Part shown: piece after piece, positions 52,966 to 64,000 of the stretch | How positions within the stretch are numbered: position 1 is the stretch's first letter | Layout: every line of letters starts with the position of its first letter | NCBI GenBank assembly: GCA_014905635.1 | Contig: CM026547.1 | Location: forward strand, 248,001 to 312,000 | Direction: 5' to 3' | Source: Scenedesmus sp. PABB004 | Lineage: Eukaryota | Length of the DNA stretch: 64,000 nucleotides | Notes under the pieces: model-generated | Told to the model about the DNA's origin: nothing | Database searches by the model: none | The model's input: only the letters and a program-made list of their open reading frames with translations | Program-made: the position numbers and the translations under genes

Positions 52966-54532
52966 TCCCGAGCGCGCGCTGGCCCCGCGGCAGCGGCAGG
53001 CGCGGACGACGCTGAGCACTCGTCCCCGGCGGCCTCGCGGGCGCGACGGTGCTCGCGGTCGAGCGCGCGCGCGCGCCCCGCTCGACAGCGGGCGCGCAGA
53101 CGCGGCGCGCGAGGCGGCGGCGGCGGCCTGCTCTGCGTCGAGATGCTGGGCGCGGTGCGGGGCCAGGAGGCGCAGGAGGTGGGGGACGCCCCCAACGCTG
53201 CGCCGCGCGCGACGATGGCGGCGGCGCACAACAACAACGTGCTGCTTGCCTGCCTCGCCGCCGCTTCTAATCGACGGCGGCGATGGTGGGCGCGTGAGCG
53301 CGTGAGCGCGGCGGGGTTAGGCCGCGGCGCGGCGCGCGGGCGCGCGCGCGCGAGCGAGCGCAGCGCGGCGCGGGCGCGGCGCGGGCGCGGCTGCTGGCGC
53401 AGGCGGAGCTCCGCCTGCCTGCGGGGGTCACACCTGGGTGGGCAGCGCGCAACGGGGGAGGCACTCGGCGCGCAGGCGCAAGAGCAACTCCGCCGACCGG
53501 CCGCGCGTACGCACAGCGCTGCGCGCGCACAGCGACCGCCGCGCGGCGGAGCACCGATCGGTGGCAGGTCGCGATGCCGCAACAGCGACGGCTCGCAGAG
53601 GCTGGTGTGTGGTGGCGCCCCGCCGCCCGCGTCGGCAGCGTAGCGGCGGCTGCGCGGGCCGCGCACCTTCGCGCCGGCCGCCCGCGGGCGCGGGCGACTG
53701 CATGCCCCCGGGCCAGCAGCGGCGCGCCTGCCGGCGGCGTGCGCTCGTGCGCGCTGTCGGTCGTGCGGGGAGGGTGTCGCGCGGCCGGCCGCCGCGCGGG
53801 CGCGGCCCTGGGGCGCCGGTCAAGTCGCGCGCCGCGCCGGCCGCGGGCCGCTGCGGCGCGGCGGCGCGGCGGCGCTCAGGCAGCGGGGGCGCTGCGGCAG
53901 GGCCTGCAGAGCACCACGGCGCCGCCTTAAGGCTACAGGCCGGGCCGGGCCGCCCGCGGGCGCCAGCGCGGGCGCGGCACAGCGGCGGCCGCGCCTCTCG
54001 CCCGACCCCGCGGCGCCGGCCGGGAGGGGCCCGGGCGAGCGCGCCACGAGCTCGCTGGAGGCCGTCGTAGCCGCTGACGCGGCTGAGAGCGGCCCCGAGC
54101 GGGCGTGTGGGGCTGGCGGGCGTCAGCGAGGTGCCCGACCGCCCTCCCCGCGCGCCTGCGCGGCGAAGGGCCGCCGCGCCTGGCCCGGGAGCTCGCGCGT
54201 CAGACGCGTCGAGCTCTCGCGGGCACGGCGGAGCAGCGCGAGCCCGGCAGCCAGCGCCGCTGCCGCCGGCCGGCGCCGCAGCCACCGCGCAGGCCGTGGC
54301 GCTGCTGCCGGGCGGGGCGCGTGGAGAGCGGGGCCAGGGGGTCGGGCGCCGCGCTGGGGCGGCGCACGCGCGCCGGCGGCCGCGGCGGCGGGCGCGCCGC
54401 GCCGCGCGCGGCGGCGGCGACCCCCGAATTGCCCGCCGGGCCGCTCGGGCGCGTTCACTGGGGTGGGGGGCGAAGCGGGAGCAAAGAATGAAGGCCAAAA
54501 TCGGCCGTTTTCATGACAAAAAGCGTCATTTT

Positions 54533-54604
54533 CGCCACCGCCGGGAATTGAACCCGGGCCTCCTGCGTGACAGGCAGGGATACTGACCACTATACTACGG
54601 CGAC
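54533..54604 (-). tRNA. trnD-GTC: tRNA-Asp (GTC), identical second copy
   Basis: Exact reverse complement of 52482-52553. Confidence 0.96.
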
Positions 54605-55028
54605 TGCCTCCCAACCAGGGAGAGAGCGTCAGCACCCACAGAGCGGGGGCGGTATTGGCGATTTACTGATCACAGACGTCAACCTAGCATATAGTTACAG
54701 CACACCTCAAATACTCGATTTTCGCCAGATGGCCAAAATTCTTAGTGGAATCGACGGGAAATTGTACCCCGACCCCGGGGGACCCCTTGACGTCGCAATC
54801 CGCCCGGTGGGGCCCCTGAAAACACCCAAAAACCACACCAAAACAAAAACCCATCCCCGCCTCCGGAGGGCGTGCCCGGATCCGGGCACGCCCTCGCGCA
54901 CCGGGACGGCACCGGCGGGTGTTGAGGGAGCATACCAGGCTCAACCACAGTCAGCCCGCACCTGGGTCTCGAGCGCGCAGGCGGTGCCGGCGCGGGCGCC
55001 CTGGGGCGCCGGCGGCGCGCGTGCGGTC

Positions 55029-55105
55029 AAAGACAAAGACAAAGATAGTTACACCATAGGCTCGCGCCCATTGGTCCCGCGCCCCTTAAGGACGGTGTCC
55101 CGCAT
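55029..55105 (-). mobile_element. 77-bp insertion with 8-bp TSD; probable 5'-truncated non-LTR retroelement 3' end
   Basis: Flanked by GTGCGGTC at 55021-55028 and 55106-55113, while the left arm has a single copy. The minus strand ends TGTAA-CTAT-(CTTTGT)2-CTTT. Confidence 0.85.
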
Positions 55106-55831
55106 GTGCGGTCGCGTGCGCCGCGCGGGGCCACCAGCGCAGCATGGTGCTTGGGCCGCCGTGCCGCCACCGCGCGCGCGCGCGCCGCGCGCAGGGTGCC
55201 TGCCCATGGGGCCAGCGCGGGTTCCGAGGCGCGGCAGCGTGGATCGGCTCGCACGGTGCACGGCGTGCTGCGGCGCGGCTCCCTGAGCCGCCGCAGCTCA
55301 TGCGCTCGGGCTCGCAGCCGTGGCGCGCCGCTCAGCGGGGCCTGCAGCCGGCAGCCTGCAGGCTGCCGGCACTCGGGTGCCGCGGCGGGCCGCCGCCCCG
55401 CCCCGCCAGCAGCCAGTCACAGCGCGGCGCCGCTGCCGACGGCGCGCGCGCGCGCGCGCCCGGCCACCGCCCGCGAGCCGCGGGCACGCCGCCGCGCTCG
55501 CGCTGACAGCGCCGTGGCCGCACGCTGCGCTGCAAGGTTGCTTTGATCATTGCCTCTCCGCCGCCGGTCGCGCGAACTCCCTGGCTCCCCATGCATGCCT
55601 GCTCGGCAGGGCTGCAGCAGACTGCCGGCCCCCTCTGCCGACCGCGCCATGCTCTGTGTGCCCCGTGTTGCATGCCTCGCCCCTCCCGCTCCCTCCCTCC
55701 CTCCCTCCCTCCCTCCCTCCCTCCCTGCCTGCCTAACCTCGCCCCACCTCCCGCATGCCTGGCTCTCCGCGCGCCTCGCCGGCGCCTCGCCCGGCCGCAT
55801 CGGGCCCGCCGCCGCCGCCGCGGCCGGCTCA

Positions 55832-57976
55832 TCAGACCTGGGGCTGCGCGGGCACGCCCGCAAACTCGGCGCTCACGTCCCACACCGCGGCGGCCATCTT
55901 CTCGTCGTACGCGTGGCTCCCCGGGCGGCAGAGCTTGGTGCGGCCCATGAGGCCGTTGCCCAGCAGCCTGGCGGCGCGGCGCGGCGCGCGCAGGGGCGCG
56001 GCGGCGTGGGTTTAGCGCCACGCGCTCGGCGCGCGGGGCGCGGGGGGCGCGGGGTCCGAGGCGCGCGGCGCGGCGCGCGCACTTGCGCAGGGGCCAGTCC
56101 AGGAAGGAGAGGAAGACGGTGCTGCCGCCCCAGAGGTCGCCCTTGACCTTGGCCAGGCCCTTGCCGCCGAGCGCCCAGTCGTTGCACAGCTGCGGCACCC
56201 GCGGCGCAGCGCGGACGCGCGTCGGCCGGCGCTGCCGCTGGCGCGCGGCCGACGTGCCGCCGAGAGGCGCGGCACGGCGCGTGGGGCGCGGCGGTGTGCA
56301 GCTCGCAGGACACGCGCGGCGCGGCACAGCGCGCGGCGCGCCTGGGGCCAGGTGAAGACGCCGCGCGCGTAGTAGCGCAGGTCCTGGTGGGGCAGCAGCG
56401 GCGAGCCGTCCTTGCCGGCGCGCTTGTCGGCGTCCCAGTCGCACGTCGCGGCGTAGATCACCGCCTGCGCGCACGCGCGGCGCGGCGGCGCGCGGCGGCA
56501 CGCAAAGCGCGGGGTCGGCGGTCGGCAGCACGTGCGGCGCGCGGGGGTCGGCGGCGCGGGCGCGCGCGCTGGGGTCGGCGGCGCGCGTGCGCGCGCGTTC
56601 GCCCAGCTCGCTGGCGCGGCGCGGGCGCGCACGCGCCTGCGCGCCGTCCTCGGGCGGGGCGTAGCAGTTGTCGATGAGGGTCTTGATGAAGCCCCGGCCG
56701 AGCTTGGGGCTGTTGTTGTAGATGTTGGTGCGCACCGCGCCCGGGTCGGCCGCGACCGCCTGCAGCCGCGCGCGCCCAGCCTGCGCGGCGGCGCCGGCGC
56801 CGGCGGCGGCACATCGCGGCGGCGCCACCGGCCGCACGCCCGCGCCGCACGCGCCCGTCCGAGCCCCGCGCCCCGCCGCAGCGCCCCGCCGCAGCGCCCC
56901 GCCGCAGCGCCCCGCCGCAGCGCCGCCGCCGCGTCCGCGCCCGCGCCTGCGCTGCAGCTCAAACGCGGTGTACACGTTGGCGAGCTTGTTGTGCTGGTAA
57001 AAGCCGCCCTTCCAGTCGGTGAACAGCGCGCGCGCGTCCCTGGGCGCGCGCGCGCGCGAGCGCGGCGCGGCGCGCGGGCGCGGGTGAGGGGGGGGGGGGC
57101 CCGCCGCCGCGCCGCGCGACCGCCCGGCGCGCCGCCGTGCTGCTCCTGCGGCGCGCCTGATGGTGGTGATGCGGTGCGTGACGGAGACCACGTTGACCAC
57201 GCGCGCCTTGGAGGCGACCAGCTTCTTCTCCAGCAGCCGCGTGAGCGTGTACGGCCCGAGGTGGTTGACCTGCGCCCACGGCGGGCGCCCGCGCGCGCGC
57301 GTCGGCGCCCGCCGCCGCCGCCTGCTGCTGCGGCTCCGCGTGCGCCCGGGCGCCGCGCCGCGCCTGCGTGAGCATGCCGACGCCCTGCTCGGTGAATGAC
57401 TTCTTGGTGTAACCGAGGCCGGCGTTGTTCACCAGGATGTTCAGCGGCCCCGGCCGCGCCGCGAGCGTGGCGGCAAAGGCCTTGACGCTCTCCTGGCGCA
57501 TGAGGTCGAGCGGCGGGCCGACCTCAACCTTGGAGCCGGGGAACTTGGCCCTGCGCGCGCCAGCGGGAGGGGGCGCGGGGCGCGGTCGCGGGCGGGGGAG
57601 GAGTCGGCAGCAGCATCCGCGGGCGGCGGCGCTGGCGCTGCGCCGCCCGGCGGGCGCGTGCGTGGACCGCCGGCGGCCGGCACGGCGGCGCACATGATCT
57701 CCTTGGCGAGCTTGGCGCCGGCGTCGGTGTTGCGCACGCCCAGGATGACGGTCGCGCCGTGCTCTGCGCACGCGGCGCGGCGCGCGCGACGGCTCAACCG
57801 ACGCGCGCCGCTGCGCTGCGCTGCGCCCCGCGCGCGGCGCCCGCCGCGCCGGCGCCCCGAGCTCGGGGCAGCTCGTGGGGCGTCCCGGCCGCACCTGCGA
57901 GGTACTCCGCGGTCACCTGGCCGATGCCAGAGGTGGCGCCCGTCACCAGGGCCACCTTGCCCGACAGGTCCGCCAT
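55832..57976 (-). CDS. Short-chain dehydrogenase/reductase, retinol-dehydrogenase-like (9 exons)
   Basis: KVALVTGATSGIG, LVNNAG, VNHLGPYTLTRLL, catalytic YQHNK and DPGAVRTNI. Confidence 0.93.
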
Positions 57977-58700
57977 GGCGCTGCTGCGGGGCGCGTGGCG
58001 CCAGGGAGGACGACGGTGCGTCGGCGTGGCGGGCGGCGGGGCGCGCCGGGGCGGCGGGCGCGGCGCTGGGGCGCGGCAACAGCACCGAGGCCCCTGGCCC
58101 CCCGCCAACGCGCGCGCTGCGGCCGTGGGGCTGCGCGGCCACGCCCGGCGTGAGCCTCTGAGCGCCCCACACCGCCACGCGTGCAGCCTGGGCCGCAGCG
58201 CTCTGGGCGCGCGCGCCCGGCCCGGGCGCTGCCCCCGTGCGGCGCGCAGCGGCGGCCCGCCGCGCCCATTGGCGCGCAGCCGACCGCCAGAGCGGGCACG
58301 GGCACTCACGCGCTGCGCCGGCGACTGGCCAGCTCCGGGGGGTGGCGGTTGCTGCTTCGGGGAGCAGCAACGGAGCACAAACGCGGCCGGCAGAGCGCAG
58401 GGGAGGCGTGCGAGGGCGGCGGCCGAGGAGGGGAGCGCGAGCTGCGCGGCGGGTAGCTGCGGGCCGGCCCACGGTGCTTCAGCCCCGCTGTGCCCTGCGG
58501 CGCGGCGCGGCTGTGCTGGCTGTCCCAGCGCCGCTCCCACGCTCGCACATCAGCGCCCTCGCCTGTCCCATCACGTCAAGCACCGGGCAAACACAACACC
58601 CCCGCGGCACGAGCAGCAGCAGCAGCGGCGGCGGCCCGCGCACGCGCCGGCCCCTGCGGCGACCCCGAGAGCGCGCCGTAGCCGCGGCAGCGGGACGGAA

Positions 58701-59464
58701 ATGGCGCAGCTGTCGGGCGCGGCGAGCTCGGAGCCGGGAGGTGGGCCGCGAGATGCATCCCCCCGCCCGCATTGCTGCCCCGGCGCCCGGCTGCCGGAGG
58801 TCGCGGCGTCCGGGAGATGCCCCGGCGCCCCGGCAGCCGCGGGGCATCGCCCCGGCGCTCGCAGCCGGCCGCCGCCGCCGCCGCCGACCGCCGCTGCTCC
58901 GCCGCGCCGCCGCCGCCGGCGCCGCGCCCGCAGACGGCCCCAGCACCAGCGGCCGGCGCGTGGTCATCGCGCGGCACGAGCTGCCGCTGGAGCTGCTGCT
59001 CGCGCGCCGCGAGCCGGCGGCGCTGGGCGTCGTGTGCGGCGCGGGCGAGCTGCGCCGCGTGCGCCGCGACGCCGCGTGGTCGCAGCGCCGCGAGCACCTG
59101 CTCGCCGCCGCGGCCGCGGGCTTCCACCTCGCCCTCTTCGCGTGGAACCTCGCGTTCTGGGGCTTCGAGGGCGTGCCGCCTGACCGGTGCGCGGGGCGCC
59201 GCCGCCGCTCAAGCGCCGCCGCGCCACGCGGCGCCGCCCGCCGCGCCGCGCCGCGCCGTGCGCCGCCGCGCCGCCCGCCCGCCCACCTCTCCGCCCACCT
59301 GCCCGCGCGCCCATACACCCCGCAGCTACTGGCCCGAGAACCCGCGCGTCAAGGCGGGGCTCGTGCCGGGGCGGTACGGCAACATGGCGGGCGCCAAGAA
59401 GCTCTGGTACTACTACCTCTCCAAGCTGGAGGGCGGCGGCGCGGGGCCGGGCGCGCCAAAGTGA
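58701..59464 (+). CDS. Small hypothetical single-TM protein (3 exons)
   Basis: MAQLSGAASSEPG|DGPSTSG...GFHLALFAWNLAFWGFEGVPPDR|YWPENPRVKAG, with GT-AG introns and a TGTAA at about 59603. Confidence 0.65.
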
Positions 59465-60088
59465 CGCCGCCGCCGGCGCGGGGGGGGGGGGGGGGGGCGC
59501 GCTCAGCCGCGGGGCGCGCCGCAAGGCGCGCGTGGCGGGCGCGCGCGCGGCAGCAGCGGCTGCAGGCGCAGCCGTGGGGCTGTCGGGGCGTGGCTGTCTC
59601 TCTGTAAGCAGCAGCTGGGGCCGCTGCGGCTGCCGGCGTCAGCGCTCGCCGCCGCTGCGCGCGCGCTCGGCAGCGATCGCGCCGCCGCCGCCGGCCACAG
59701 CTTGACGCGGGTCGCCGAGGTCGCAGGGGTCGGGGCTGGGTGGGGTCACTGACCACAGCGGGTTTGGGGCGCAAGCAGCACACCTCCCGCGTCATCTCCT
59801 CGCCGGTGCGCGCCCAGGCTCAGCAGCGCCCTCCACGACCATGGCACCGCTAAGGCTCAGCGTCGGCGACGGCGGCATGGCGTGAGGGGCGGGATCGAGG
59901 TGGGCGACGTGACCAGCATCGCGCCTGCTGCTCCCTGGCCCGCCCGCGCGCCCCGCGCGGCCCCGCGGCGCCGCCCACCGCACCGCCGCGGGCAGCCGCG
60001 TCGCCCCGGCGCGCCCGCGCTGACCGCCGACCGCCGCGGCGGCGCCGCTGCCGCTGCCGGCGCGCAGCCCGCTGCACGCATCGCCGCC

Positions 60089-62076
60089 ATGCCCAGCGGG
60101 GGCGGCGGCAGCCGCGGGGGGTCGGACGACCCCATGTTCAGCCTCAAGAAGCGGCGCAAGGGCAACACGTACACGGCGGCGCGGCGCAAGCTCGAGGCGT
60201 CGGTCGAGCGCCTGCAGTCGGCGCTCGCCGCGAACGAGGAGCGCCTGCACGAGGCGCGCACGCGGGAGCAGGTGCGACCGCCAACAGCAGGGCCCCACGC
60301 AGCCGGCGCCGCGCCGCCGCTCGCGCGGCGCGGGCCCGCCGCCGCCCACCCCGCCCCTCGCGACGCGCAGGCGCTGCTGGACATCGTGCGCGGCCAGGAG
60401 CTGGTGCTGCGGGCAATGGGCGGCGACCCTGCGGCGCTGCCGGACGGCGTGCCCGCGGCGCCCGCGCCGCCGAACGCGGCGGGCGAGGCGCCGCCGCGCA
60501 CGTTGTCGCAGGGCAGCCTGGACAGCTGCCCGCCCGCGCCGCAGCGCGGCAGCAGCTCCGAGCCGGGCTCGGAGCAGAGCGCGCCGGCTGAGGCGCCGCC
60601 GCCGCAGCCCGCGCCGTGCGCAAGCTGGCCAGCCCTCGGCGCCGCCGCGTCCGACACGTACATGGGACGCCTGCTCAGCGCGGCGACGCCGGCGCACACG
60701 CAGCGCGCGCTGGCCATGGACACGCGGCAGCACTGGCTCGACTACATGCGGTGCGCCGGCGGCGCGGCGCGGCGCGGCGCGGCGCGTGGCGCGTGGCGCG
60801 GCGCGCGGCGCGGCGGGCGGGCTGCGCGCAGGCGGCGCGGGGTGGCGCGGAGCGCGCGCCGCCCGGTCGAGCCGCGCTGCCTGCCCGCGCGCGCCGCCAG
60901 GGAATCGATTTCGGAGCTCCGCGGCCTGCTCGGCCGCGCGCTGGCCGAGGCGGCGGGCAGCGGGCCGGCGTCGGCGCGCGCGGGCAACGCCGCGCTGGCG
61001 CAGCTTGAGGCGCGCGTTGAGGACATGACGCGGGTCACCACGCTCGGCCTCCTGCACCGCGCCCAGGCGTGCAGCGCGGCGGTGGCGGTCAACCAAGTCA
61101 CGGAGCAGCTGGAGGAGCCGCCGCAGGACCACTGGCGCCAGGTGGGTGCGCCCGCGGGGGAGTCTGGAGGGAGGGGGGGGTGGCTGCTCGCGCCTCTGCC
61201 GTGTGGCAGAGCGCCCGCCCACCGCGCGCCGCGCGCCGCGCGCCGCCGCAGGTGGTGCGGCAGCTCGCGCTCACTCGCGAGCAGGCGCAGCAGCTCACCG
61301 CCGTGAAGGTGCACTTTGACCGCCTGCGGCAGCAGACGTTCAGCGAGATGGGCCAGCTCGCGCACTCGGCCGCCTGCCCCAGCCTGCTCGTCATCGCCGC
61401 GCAGGCGGCGTCCAGCCGGCCCGACAGCAGCGGTGCGACAGCAGCGGCCAGCGGCGGCAGCGGCGCCGCCGGCAGCGGCAGCGGCGCCGCGGGCAGCGGC
61501 TCGTCGGGCGCGTCCGGCGGCGGCATGGACTGGGCGACCGGCGGCGGCGGCAGCGGCGGCGCCGCCAGCGCGGCCGCCGCCGGCGGAGGTGGCGCCTGGG
61601 GCGCCGCCGCGGCCGCGCCGCCGCGCCGCGCGGGCGCGCCGCGCGCGGGCGGGGCGTGCGCGCGCGACGACGCGGCCGCGGCGCCGCCGTTTGCCATGGC
61701 CGCCGAGGACCGCCTGCAGCGCGTTATGCTGCGCCAGGTGCAGCTGGGGCTCTACCAGAAGAACTACAAGGGCAACGTCATGACGCCGCTGCAGCTCGCA
61801 GTCGAGGCGGTCGTGAGCTGGCCCTACGCGCCGCGCCCCGCGCCGCTGCTCGCGGCGGTCGCGGAGCTGCTGGAGGAGGCCGGCGGCGGCGGCGCGCCGG
61901 GGGCGGGCGAGTCAGTTTACCTCGCGCTGCTGACCGCGCCCGACCACCGGCAGCAGCAGGCGGAGCGCACGCGCGTGCTGACGCAGCAGCACACCGAGTG
62001 GGTTACGCAGCAGCTCGCCGACGGGATGGCGCGCGGCTGCAGCCTCGGCGGCGCCGGCGGCGGCACGCACGCCTGA
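60089..62076 (+). CDS. bZIP-like basic/coiled-coil protein, paralog of the 22978-24841 gene (4 exons)
   Basis: KKRRKGNTYTAARRKLEASVERLQSALAANEERL, EPPQDHWRQVVRQLALTREQ and MTPLQLAVEAVVSWPY. Confidence 0.7.
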
Positions 62077-62721
62077 CAGCGTGCCGGCGCGGCCTCGCCC
62101 GGCGCGCGCCCCTGGCTGGGGCCCGGAGCCGCTGCCGCGCGGCCGCGTGATGATGGCAGCCTAGCGGGTGCATCACTCTGGGTAGCCGCAGGATGACGCG
62201 GCTCGCTGGGAGGCATGGGGAATCGTCTGCGACGGCGCGAACGGTGCGGCGGCTGCACCAGCCTCTCACTTCTTCTTCTGGGCTGCACGTGGCCTCGGTG
62301 TCATGGTCTGGGGCGCATGTCATATCTTTTCGGCGGAGCGCCGAGGGGCTGCGCACTGCTGATGGCGGTCATGCGAAGCTTGCAAGCGGCGGCGCGTCAT
62401 TTGTCATCGGCGGCCGCGCACGGGCGCGCGCGCGCGCCCGGCTGCTGCGGAGCTCGAGCGGCGCCAGCGGTCAGCGGGCGCCCCTGCCCGACAAGACACG
62501 CACGCTGTGTGGCGCGGTGGGTGTTGACGCGCGCCGCCGCGCAGCCTCGGTGCAGCGTGTGCTGCGTGCTGCGCTCCTATATTGTTTTGTGTGAGCACCT
62601 CGCAATCTTGGCGGTCGCGGCGCGAGTTGAACGAGCCGCCTCCGCGCCCCAGGGCAGGCCCGCCCCAGCCCAGCAGCCCAGCAGCAGTCCGCGCCCGCCT
62701 CTTCGCCTCTTCGCCAGGGCG

Positions 62722-64000
62722 TCACTCCCCGTGCTCGGCGCCCTCCGCCGCGGCGGCGGCGCTCTCCAGCGCGGCCGCGACTTGCCCCGCGAGCGCGGGG
62801 TCGGCCGCCAGCACCGCCTCCTTGAGCGTGGCGAGATAAAAATCCTCCATGTGCTGCCCCAGTGCCGACCCGTCAACCTGCGGGCGCGCCCGGGCGCGCA
62901 GGCGCGTGCGCGGCCCGATGTCGGTCGACACCGACCGAGCGGCCGCCCCGCCCGGCAGCGGCGCGGCGTGCGCGGCGCGGCGCGACGCAGCGCGGTGCGG
63001 CGCCAGCCGGCGGCGGCGGCTGTGGCTGCAGCGGCAGCTGCACGCACCAGGGCGTTGAGGATTGCCATCTCGTGCTCTTGGATCGCGTCCCGTAGCGCCT
63101 GCGACGCGAGGTCCATGACGACCTCGGACACCTCCCTGCCCTCGCCGAGCACGTCCTTGGAGCCCGCCTCAAACACGAGCGCGCCGCCCGGCTCAAGGCG
63201 CACGCCCGTGCGCACGTGCGCGTAGCCGAGCAGGCGCGGCACGCTGCGGGCGCGGCGGCGCGGTGGGCGGCGCGGGCGCGTGGGCGCGTGGGAGCGCGGA
63301 CGAGGGGATGCGGCGGCGGCGGCGGCGACAGTGCGGCGGTGCCGCGCCTGGGCACGATGTCGGCGGCGTTGGTCACGCGCCACGCGCGCCCGCCGAGCCG
63401 CGCGTCAAACTCGTCCGCAAACGCCTTGTTGCCGACGCGGGGCGCGCCAAACGTAAACATCGACACGCGCCGCGCCGCCGCCCACGCGCTGCCGCGGCGC
63501 CGGGGCGGGCGGGCGGCGGGGCGGGGCAGGCGGCGGCGGGCGGGCGGCGGCGTCGGGGGCAGGCCTCCTCCCCACGCGGCCGGCGGGCGTTGGATGGAGC
63601 CCCCGGACGCCCCGGCGCCGCGCACCGCGGCGCAGCGCCGCGCGGCGCGCGCACCGGCGCCCCGCCAGGTCGTACGCACACAGCGTGGCCAGCGCGCCGC
63701 CGAGGCTGTGCCCCGTCACAAACACCTGCGCCGCCGCGTGGGCGCGCGCGCGAAGGGTCGGCGCCGGCGGACCGGCCGGAGCCGGCGCGCGCGGCGCGGC
63801 CCAGCCGGGGCGCATCACGTCGCCCACCTGCCAGGGCCGCTCGGGGTGGCGTCCGCGGTGAGCTGCTCCACCAGGCGCATCACCTGCGCGGCGTCGCAGG
63901 CGGCGCGGCGCGTCGGGATGCGTCAGCGCCTGCGCGCGGCGCTGCGGCCCGCCGCGGCCCGCCGCGGCCCGCCGCCCAGCTTCTCCCTGCATGCCTTGGG
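62722..64000 (-). CDS. Class 3 lipase, 3' part (gene continues beyond the window)
   Basis: VFVTGHSLGGALATL, FTFGAPRVGN, RVTNAADIVP and QHMEDFY. Confidence 0.92.

Larger units (their letters stand above)
54132..55507 (-). repeat. Right arm of the long inverted duplication
   Basis: Reverse complement of 51667-52965 with a few SNPs and indels plus a 77-bp insertion with TSD. Confidence 0.95.

Noticed and set aside
51668..55286. Mirror-image ORFs (MTGRDTDHYTT..., MLTLSPWLGG...) in the inverted arms
   Set aside because: They overlap the tRNA genes, show no protein motifs, and are duplicated only because the DNA is.
62147..62360. GTGATGA as box C of another snoRNA
   Set aside because: No box D at a suitable distance, no terminal stem and no recognisable guide.

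Overview
Extremely GC-rich (about 80% by eye), intron-dense eukaryotic nuclear DNA. It is most likely a chlorophyte green alga, inferred from GTGCG-type donors, TGTAA poly(A) signals, TTTAGGG-like motifs and gene content. The ORF track is mostly noise from GC richness, so genes were rebuilt by hand from exons, and CDS coordinates are start-to-stop spans that include introns. There are about 21 tightly packed protein genes: transportin-3/MOS14, caleosin, a GNAT acetyltransferase, gamma-COP, a LicD-family protein, a PILS transporter, two paralogous bZIP-like proteins, a Cys-rich secreted protein, PCCB, RsfS/Iojap, UTP6, an MTHFR-fold-like protein, ORC3, an M14 carboxypeptidase, IF-2, an SDR, a class-3 lipase and three unknowns. 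There are also two identical tRNA-Asp(GTC) genes and an intronic snR60/U80-type C/D snoRNA. The main unusual observations are: (1) roughly one intron in five uses a GC donor; (2) a near-perfect 1.3-kb inverted duplication carries convergent tRNA-Asp genes between two convergent protein genes; (3) one arm of that duplication has a 77-bp retro-insertion with an 8-bp TSD, and the empty site is preserved in the other arm; (4) introns contain chains of perfect palindromes and telomere-like patches.
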